A stretch of 64,000 bases of DNA from Rhodothermaceae bacterium (GTDB lineage: Bacteria > Bacteroidota > Rhodothermia > Rhodothermales > Bin80), in contig VXSC01000036.1 in NCBI GenBank assembly GCA_009838195.1, positions 157,300 to 221,299 on the forward strand. The letters run 5' to 3'. Every line of letters begins with the position of its first letter. The stretch's first letter is position 1. The position numbers were made by a program, and so were the translations under genes. Positions 38,101 through 44,488 of this stretch are shown piece after piece. The notes under the pieces are model-generated. The model had not been told where the DNA came from. It saw nothing but the letters and a program-made list of their open reading frames with translations, and made no database searches.

Positions 38101-40872
38101 AATCGTCACCGTGGTCTCTTCACTGGATGGTCGGTCCAAACTTGCCGTTACGGTTGAAACGCCCCCGGCTTCGCTGATGGTTGCGGGAGACAAGGTCAGC
38201 GTCATGGTTGGAGATGGATCTTCGTCGGTGATCGTGAGCGTGGTTCCCGTCACGGCCAGAACACCCACCGAAGTCATCCCCGTAATCAGGACCGTCTCAT
38301 CGGGCTCGTCGATGTCATCCGCAGTCGGGACAAAGGCAAACGTCCCTGCCCCAGAGAACTGATTCGCCAAAATTGTAATTTCAATGGACGACACTGCGCT
38401 GTAGTCGGTTCCTGCCACAGCGGTGCCATCCCCCACCATCACCGTTACATCGGTGTCGGTGCTCCGCACAGCATCTAGCTTCGCCGTCACCACTACATCC
38501 ATGCTTCCCGCGTCTTCGTTCACCTCAGAAGGAGCAACCGTGAGCGTGATCTCGGAGGCCTCGTCATCATCGGCAATCGTCAACGTCACATTCGAAGGAC
38601 CGATAACTCCTTGCACATTCTGTGCTGAACCACCAACCTGAAACATCTTGTCCGGTAAATCAATCGTATTGTCTACCGCCGTAATTGTGACCTCCCCTGT
38701 ACTGGTTGTTGTATTCGCTGCGATCGTGAGCGTCGTGTTTTGACTCACAGCGTAGTCACTGGTCGTAGCAGGGGAATCCGGGACCACCGAAACCGCGACC
38801 GTCGTCTCCGCGCTGGACACTGCGCTCAGCGTCGCCGTGACCACCGTACGCCCACCCGCTTCCACAATGGTTGCCGGTGTTAATACCAAGGTCACCTCTG
38901 GAGACGGATTTTCGTCGAGTATCGTGAGAGTAGTTCCGGTCACGGCAAACCCCTCCACCGGCGTTGCCCCTGTGATCAGGACCCTCTCATTGGGCTCGTC
39001 AATGTCATCTGGAATTGGGGTGAAGGCAAAACTTCCTGCCCCGGATAACTGATTCGCCGAAATTGTAATATCAAAAGAAGACACTGCGCTGTAGTCGGTA
39101 CCAGCCACAGCGGTATTATCCCCCACCGTCACCTCGGTATCGGTGATCACGACGAGGCTGCCTGTTCGCCCGGATGCGGTTACATCTCCCACCGCGACCG
39201 TTACCTCAGTATCTGTGCCCCGCGCGGCATCGAGCGTCGCCGTCACCATCACATCCGTGCGTCCCGCGTCTTCATTCACTTTAGAGGGGACAACCATGAG
39301 CGTAATCCCGGAGGCCTCGTCATCATCGGTAATGGTCAACGTCACGCCCGAAGGACCCGTAACTCCTATTGCATTCTGCGCAGTGCCTCCAACCTGATAC
39401 GTCTTGTCCGGCGCATCAATCGAATTGTCTACTGCCGTGATCGTGACCACCCCCGTACTCAGCAGTTCCCCTGCCGCAATCGTGAGCGTTGTGTTTGAAC
39501 TCAAGGTATAATCACTGGTCGAGGCAGGAGAATCCGGGACCACTGACACCTCGACCGTCGTTACCGCGCCAGACTTTGCGTCCAGCTTAGCTGTGACCGC
39601 CGTACTCCCGCCTGCCTCAGGGATGACTGTTGACGTTAACATCAGGACCACCTCTTGGGTTGTACAGACCACGATAGGCGAATAACCAGTAATCGTGATC
39701 TTCCCTTCATTTACCAGATCAACGATCGTTTGAGGCAGGCAGATAATGGGATTACGGCCAAGCTCTACTGATAGCCCTTCAATTCCCTCAAAGATGTTCG
39801 CAGGCAGGCTGCTGAGAGAATTAGTTCTTAAGTTCAGCGTAGTTAAGCTGGAGAGTCCGTTAAGGAGATCCTCGTCTAGACTGGTGAGAGAATTAGAGCT
39901 TAAGTTCAACGTTACTATGCTCGAGAGTCCGTCGAAGAGATCCCCAGGCAGGCTGCTGAGAGAATTATTGTTCAAGTTCAGCGTTACCAAGCTGGAGAGC
40001 CCGTCAAAAAGATCCCCAGGCAGGCTGCTGAGAGAATTAAAGTGTAAGCTCAGCGTTACTAAGCTGGCGAGCCCGTCAAAAAGATCCTCGTCCAGACTGG
40101 TGAGACTATTAAAGTATAAGTACAGCGTTGTTAAGCTGGAGAGTCCGTCAAAGAGATCCTTATCCAGGCTGGTGAGACCACTGAAGCTTAAGTCCAGCGT
40201 TGTTAGGCTGGAGAGTCCGTCAAAGAGATCTGCAGGCGGGCTGCCGAGGGAATTGCTGCTCAAGTCCATTGTTACTAAGCTGGAGAGTCCGTCGAAGATA
40301 TCCACGTGAAGACTGGTCAGGGAATTCCCGTCCAAGGTTAGCGTTACTAAGCTGGAGAGTCCGTCAAAGATATCCTCATGCAAGCTGCTGAGAGAGTTGG
40401 ACCTTAAGTTCAGTGTTTCCAAGCTGGAGAGCCCGTCAAAGAGATCCTCCTCCAGACTGCTGAGAGAATTATTGTTCAAGTTCAGTGTTACCAAGCTGGA
40501 GAGTCCGTCAAAGAGTTCCTCGTCCAAGCTACTGAGAGAACTATTTCGTTGTAAGCTTAGCGTTGTTAAGCTGGAGAGTCCGTCAAAGAGTTCCTCATGC
40601 AAGCTGCTGAGAGAATTATTGTTTAAGTACAACGTGGCTAAGCCGGAGAGCCCGTCAAAATCATCTTCATCCAACGATGTGATACTCTTGTTGCTTAAAT
40701 CCAAGGTACTGACGCTTGATAACTGAGCTGAAGTAACTGCGTCGCATGTCAAACCACTTACATCTATTTCATCTAGTATTTCTGCTTCCACTTCAGCCGT
40801 CCGGTCACAAATATCTACTGTCTGGGCACGAGTATCAGGCACAAAGAAAAACAAGAAAAGGCTGAACACCAC
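35104..40872 (-). CDS. Giant surface protein: LRR array + 7 Calx-beta domains + cadherin/Ig-like modules + C-terminal autotransporter-like beta-barrel (1,922 aa)
   Basis: Uninterrupted 5.8-kb ORF. aa 55-375 carry 24-residue LRRs. aa 405-1227 are seven ~112-aa units with Calx-beta-like signatures (TSDY...LTIAAG...GEVTITAVDN..D..DK; AGTDYSAVSS...DDIDEPDETVLITG). aa 1450-1922 form an amphipathic beta-rich region (FWGQGARSRFQGS...GVYPNVCYV...VWAVTGYGRGDLTL...) ending RLQLRRIW. The start is GTG with no in-frame ATG upstream. Confidence 0.8.
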   Translation of the reverse strand: MVFSLFLFFFVPDTRAQTVDICDRTAEVEAEILDEIDVSGLTCDAVTSAQLSSVSTLDLSNKSITSLDEDDFDGLSGLATLYLNNNSLSSLHEELFDGLSSLTTLSLQRNSSLSSLDEELFDGLSSLVTLNLNNNSLSSLEEDLFDGLSSLETLNLRSNSLSSLHEDIFDGLSSLVTLTLDGNSLTSLHVDIFDGLSSLVTMDLSSNSLGSPPADLFDGLSSLTTLDLSFSGLTSLDKDLFDGLSSLTTLYLYFNSLTSLDEDLFDGLASLVTLSLHFNSLSSLPGDLFDGLSSLVTLNLNNNSLSSLPGDLFDGLSSIVTLNLSSNSLTSLDEDLLNGLSSLTTLNLRTNSLSSLPANIFEGIEGLSVELGRNPIICLPQTIVDLVNEGKITITGYSPIVVCTTQEVVLMLTSTVIPEAGGSTAVTAKLDAKSGAVTTVEVSVVPDSPASTSDYTLSSNTTLTIAAGELLSTGVVTITAVDNSIDAPDKTYQVGGTAQNAIGVTGPSGVTLTITDDDEASGITLMVVPSKVNEDAGRTDVMVTATLDAARGTDTEVTVAVGDVTASGRTGSLVVITDTEVTVGDNTAVAGTDYSAVSSFDITISANQLSGAGSFAFTPIPDDIDEPNERVLITGATPVEGFAVTGTTLTILDENPSPEVTLVLTPATIVEAGGRTVVTATLSAVSSAETTVAVSVVPDSPATTSDYAVSQNTTLTIAANTTTSTGEVTITAVDNTIDLPDKMFQVGGSAQNVQGVIGPSNVTLTIADDDEASEITLTVAPSEVNEDAGSMDVVVTAKLDAVRSTDTDVTVMVGDGTAVAGTDYSAVSSIEITILANQFSGAGTFAFVPTADDIDEPDETVLITGMTSVGVLAVTGTTLTITDEDPSPTMTLTLSPATISEAGGVSTVTASLDRPSSEETTVTIFAEPQDLRTLFDYRLSANPMLTIAAGSTISIGEVTITAIDNQVDTADRKVMVQGTAVNAQGIPPSTEVVLTIIDDDEATGVALAVAPSEVNEDAGSTAVTVTATLDVARGADTEVTVSVGDGIAAAGTDYSAVSSFDITISADQISGAGRFTITPTPDNIDEPDETVLVTGTTPVEGMNVTGTVLMLTDEDPAPVATLTVSPASISEAGGVSTVTARLDRPSSEETAVTITVQPQEPATTSDYSLSSNRTLTIAAGATTSTGEVTITAVDNDVHTADKMVTVQGAATNAQGITPPAEIVLTITNQTETAPVARDVTVTAIEDTPYRFQVSDFGYSDPDGDPLRGVRITARPQVGTLTLEGTEVVANTLVAVEQIGVGALVFVPVVDGYGLPYTSFTFQVSDGTLESHSSATLTVVVESVNDAATGQPEILGYMQVGEPLRVSTQEITDVDGTSNAERGSPPYNYRYQWFRMKARQPLPISGADADTYVPVAADVGARLVVRVRFLDDAGFSEDLSSSPREVLQTGRIRQAWMARFGRVVADQILEATACDGRQSRPGPNGVYLAGHPVALSSLPHYVRLKRKDLDSIVPSSGESGPVMTHTLIQPNLVRGTSFRHVGNPEADQGVTFWGQGARSRFQGSENASKIDGVITSGMVGANWRRHGISLGVLANYTNADGGYDFGSDSGQVSGRLTGVYPNVCYVISSRVRVWAVTGYGRGDLTLDGGGARRFQSPLHLMMGGGGVYGRVRTIASRLELGLRSDALVVRTTASQTEALSRDVAQMTRLRLGLKGTVRGMQLGRDVRIEPALEIAVRHDGGDADTGFGIDMSAGLVVSTSTRGLSMEVQARGVLTHQAPGLHEQGMVAAVIWDPTPYSESGIHVRLEQTMGTEVFGGTDRLLRAETLETHFMDASDSGKFGPGDFRLEAGYGFKVLRGRLVTQPEVGLEWRESRRRYQMGWEFAFAHTNPTHLRLFVGATGRDSMTEKTQFQHQIRLQLRRIW
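37192..39660 (-). repeat. Coding super-repeat: alternating A/B Calx-beta units, ~690-nt period, (A-B)x3 + A
   Basis: Recurring DNA blocks, e.g. gctgtagtcggttcctgcc[a/g]cagcg[g/a]tgccatcccccacc near 37711, 38398 and 39088. The protein units align along their full length. Confidence 0.85.
39748..40710 (-). repeat. Coding tandem repeat, 72-nt period, ~13 copies (LRR array)
   Basis: The core aagctggagagtccgtcaaagagatcc recurs about every 72 nt from ~39840 to ~40650 with few substitutions. It encodes LxxLxLxxNSLSSLxxDLFDGLSS. Confidence 0.9.
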
Positions 40873-41664
40873 GCCTAAGAAGCCGTGGAGAGATGAAATC
40901 TTCCCACAATTGAGGTATGTTACCCCGTTGTCATCTGACCTGAAAAATCACTGATTTTGAAAAAAATGTGCACCTTTTTCTTTCCTAAATAATACAGATG
41001 CCCCAAATAATGTGCAATAAATACTTCCAAACAGGTTTGATTTCAAATCTACTCGCCCTAGATTTCTGCGCCCAGCAATGTCCGCGCCTCCCATGTTGAT
41101 ATCCCCGCTACCCCTAATTCCAAACCATCAATCGTTGCCGGCTGGCCTGAGGTGAACGATACGCATTCCGTCACATCATATGATTCACCGTCGAAGCAGC
41201 CACATCGCTTCTCCATAGGTCAAACTACATGAAATGACGTAGCTTTACGAAATACATAGAGCCCTGTAGCCTTATCTGACGGTCGTCCTGCGATACCAGG
41301 GATGCAAACTAAGTACGCTTTGGAGTGATTAAGGAAGCTGACGACTAGAAATACAGCTGAGGATCTCCGGTAAAGACCAGTTCATTTTCCCAAGATCACA
41401 GGCGTTTTGAGCTTGTGTTTCGTATCAGTTAACGCGGGTAGCCCTTTGGGAGCAACCAATTGCCCCTACGTCTTGAACAGCTAGGAGGATCTGTTCCCAA
41501 GGGAATGCCGTGATTCCATCTCGGGAAATTTGTGCCATAGAGTACTGATAAAGGGACAGTCAAAACGTCACAGGGACCGATCGGATTTCGCTTTCGATTG
41601 CATGCAATGAGCCTCCTTTCTCTGGCCTGAGTCTATGATCTTTACCTCATCAGGTATAAAATCA

Positions 41665-42537
41665 TCACTGCTCAGGGTTCGGCATCGAGGCGATCCGTGC
41701 GCCACTACTGGGCATGACGAGTCGGCTTTCGTCAAACGGCTGGGTATATGAATGTTCACTGGAGGCTGCTTCATAGTATTTATCCCCCTTCGCTCCCCCT
41801 GAAAACCCATATCCTTCAAACTGGGATGGAACCGTCAATCCGTCAACGGTCACGTAGCCCTTATAATACAAGAGGGTTTCCGACATATTCTCATCAATTG
41901 CCGGCCGACCCCGTCCAAACGTGGATCGATACCGAAGAGCATTGACCATATAGGTCTCGGGATGAATGTAGAGCGTGTAATGATCTCCTGGAGCATCCCC
42001 TACTCCATCATCGAATGTTGCACGCACGAGATAATGCTCTACACTGTCCAAGAGTGCCGGAGCCAGTACTTCATATTGAATCCCCGGGTCGGCAAGGATA
42101 AAGGGAATGGACTGAAAATAATAGCCGGTGGTGGCCATGAATCGGGGATTCGTCTCCAGTGAATCTGGGTAAACCCATGCATCGGTGCCATCCCACACCA
42201 TTTGGGCTCCATCTGGTGCTGGCTCGCCTCCCATAGACAGGACATCGTGATACACTTGGCGGGTCCGGTTGTGAGCAACCATTTTCGATTCAAGTCCACC
42301 TCCAAATCCCCAGACATAGCTGCTTGTCTCGGCGTTGTGCCAGGCATCTAGTCCCCCATGTGCCTCTATCGCACGCAGCACCATCTGTCCCCCTTCCGTC
42401 GCCATAAGACGCGCCTCTGTTTCTTCCGTCAATGGATTGTCTTCCAGTTCATCCGTCATAGCCGAATCCGTTTCTGGATTGCTACAGCCAAGGATGAGCG
42501 TCAAGGCGAAGAGAACCGTACTGAATATCCGCATCAA
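41665..42537 (-). CDS. Lipoprotein of unknown function
   Basis: Lipobox LTLILGCS; beta-rich mature region with no motif I can name confidently. Confidence 0.6.
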   Translation of the reverse strand: MMRIFSTVLFALTLILGCSNPETDSAMTDELEDNPLTEETEARLMATEGGQMVLRAIEAHGGLDAWHNAETSSYVWGFGGGLESKMVAHNRTRQVYHDVLSMGGEPAPDGAQMVWDGTDAWVYPDSLETNPRFMATTGYYFQSIPFILADPGIQYEVLAPALLDSVEHYLVRATFDDGVGDAPGDHYTLYIHPETYMVNALRYRSTFGRGRPAIDENMSETLLYYKGYVTVDGLTVPSQFEGYGFSGGAKGDKYYEAASSEHSYTQPFDESRLVMPSSGARIASMPNPEQ

Positions 42538-42604
42538 TTTGGGGGGTTATATGGTTGGAGCTAAAAATATAGGAAATTCCATCGATCATCCACTATTTCT
42601 CGTA

Positions 42605-43414
42605 ATGTCAGATTCATTCCTACGTGTTGCCTCGATTCAGATGTGTTCCGGTCAAGATATTCATGCCAATCTGAAACAGGCAAAATATCTCATTGAAGAC
42701 GCCGCCGAACAGAATGCACAACTTGTGGCCCTTCCCGAAAATTTTTCGTACCTGGACCGGGAGGGCAAAAAGATTGATGCGGTTGAGAATCTTGAAAACG
42801 GACCTGCCGTGCAATTACTACGGGAATTGGCTGACTCAAACTCCATCTATATCGTGGGGGGTACAGTACCGCTCTTGGCAAATGAGCGTGTCACGAATAC
42901 CTGCCTAGTCTTTGGGCCGGATGGTCAGATTATCGCACGTTACGATAAGATTCATCTCTTTGACATCCAGTTGGATGAAGCGCACACATTCATAGAATCT
43001 CGTTATATCGAAGCAGGAAAAACTCCCGTTACGTTTGAAGCGCTGGGAGCGACCATGGGGCTCAGTATCTGCTATGACCTGCGCTTCCCTGAACTTTATC
43101 GGATCCTGACAGACCGTGGTGCACGGGTTCTCTTCGTACCCTCCGCATTCACGTGGCGCACCGGTTCCTATCACTGGCTGGCCCTGTTGCGGGCCCGTGC
43201 AATTGAAAATCTCGCCTATGTCGTTGCACCCGCCCAATTCGGTCGCCATAATGCAGAGCGTGAAAGCTTTGGACACTCCGTGATCATTGACCCATGGGGA
43301 CAGATTCTTGCACAGGCACCAGACCGGGCGTGTACAATTATCAGCGAACTCAACTTCGCCTACCAAGACCAAATTCGTGACCGCCTTCCCTGCTTAAATC
43401 ACAGACGCATTTGA
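42605..43414 (+). CDS. Carbon-nitrogen hydrolase (nitrilase superfamily, Nit/omega-amidase-like)
   Basis: Catalytic E-K-C triad contexts ALPENF, RYDKIHLF and LSICYDLRFPE. Start at ATG 42605 (MSDSFLRVASIQ); the ORF-track 90-aa extension is antisense to the neighbouring lipoprotein gene. Confidence 0.85.
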   Translation: MSDSFLRVASIQMCSGQDIHANLKQAKYLIEDAAEQNAQLVALPENFSYLDREGKKIDAVENLENGPAVQLLRELADSNSIYIVGGTVPLLANERVTNTCLVFGPDGQIIARYDKIHLFDIQLDEAHTFIESRYIEAGKTPVTFEALGATMGLSICYDLRFPELYRILTDRGARVLFVPSAFTWRTGSYHWLALLRARAIENLAYVVAPAQFGRHNAERESFGHSVIIDPWGQILAQAPDRACTIISELNFAYQDQIRDRLPCLNHRRI

Positions 43415-43463
43415 TTGTGACCCAGTTCTGCCAAGATGGCTTCAAACCAAATCACGAGGCGTG

Positions 43464-44342
43464 TCAATGAAGCTGGATCAAAGCTATCCGGATTGCTCCC
43501 ATTCTGGGATCATCTCTCATTTCGTTCCTGCCAGTACGGCTGAACTCCAATTGGTGCTGCGTTAGAATATCCACAACCTCTCCATTCATGCCCGCTGCAA
43601 GATCCCTCACCTCTGGATCATCATAGCGCTGCATCTGAATTGGCATATTCAAAAGAGCGGTAAAACGCTCGAAGAAATCAAAGACGATTTCCGCCTTTGG
43701 GACACCGACCAAAATGTGGTCCGGTACCGAATACTCGAATACGAGGCAGCCACCGGAGGTCTGAAGTGAGGTCAACGTGTGTCGGTAAACTTCCTTAGGA
43801 ATGTAATACGAAATTCCTTCCGATACGAGTAACGTAGGTGCATCCGAATCCCAGCCCGCATTGCTCAATATCTCGGTTAGAGATGGAATATCCGCCAAAT
43901 TAGCCGTCAAAAACGACACGTCAGGGCCGCCGATTTTTTGGTTGATCTCTTCCTTGAGTGACATATTTGCCATATCCACATCGAAAAAATGCGCCTTTGG
44001 ATAACTTTCTGCAAGATCGATGGGCAATGGATCCAATCCACCCCCTAAGTGGATGACCTGCGCGGTAGGGTTCTCATCCAGATACTTGCGGCAGCACTGT
44101 GCTACACCGTACTTTCTGTTGAGAATTTCCATAGTGATCTCATCATGAATATCCTCAAACTGCGCCCTAATCGGATCAGCAGCCGATAAATCAACGCTAC
44201 TCAATAGAGTACGTGCTGCCGCACCGCGATAAATTTCCTGATTCGCGAATGACAACACAAATGCAGAGGTGGCAGGAACTTCAAACATGTATCTACTCAA
44301 TTTGTCTGGTGGAGTGTAAAATGGTCGGGCCCTCAAACGCAT
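43464..44342 (-). CDS. Class I SAM-dependent methyltransferase (leucine carboxyl / O-methyltransferase-like)
   Basis: VIHLGGGLDPLP glycine-rich SAM motif followed by FFDVD and LLVSEGISYY, as in the LCM/TIGR00027-type family. Confidence 0.7.
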   Translation of the reverse strand: MRLRARPFYTPPDKLSRYMFEVPATSAFVLSFANQEIYRGAAARTLLSSVDLSAADPIRAQFEDIHDEITMEILNRKYGVAQCCRKYLDENPTAQVIHLGGGLDPLPIDLAESYPKAHFFDVDMANMSLKEEINQKIGGPDVSFLTANLADIPSLTEILSNAGWDSDAPTLLVSEGISYYIPKEVYRHTLTSLQTSGGCLVFEYSVPDHILVGVPKAEIVFDFFERFTALLNMPIQMQRYDDPEVRDLAAGMNGEVVDILTQHQLEFSRTGRNEMRDDPRMGAIRIALIQLH

Positions 44343-44488
44343 CCATTCCTAAAAGGCTTCTATTCTACGCCAGCGTGAGCCTTGGTAGTCTTGATTATAG
44401 CATCTCGCTCAAAGGCCTGATGGCATTGGCCAACCGAATTTTCGTCGAAAAATACTATATTCAACTTCGTTAAAAAAACAATTGAACC

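Noticed and set aside
37231-40726. Long plus-strand ORFs antisense to the giant gene (e.g. 37231-38040 at 269 aa, 39746-40309 at 187 aa, 40397-40726 at 109 aa), some with striking periodic sequences (KLESPSKRS...RLLRELLFKFSVT).
   Set aside because: They mirror the periodicity of the LRR and Calx repeats on the opposite strand and are low-complexity. The minus-strand ORF is uninterrupted for 5.8 kb with clear domain signatures. These are antisense shadow ORFs.
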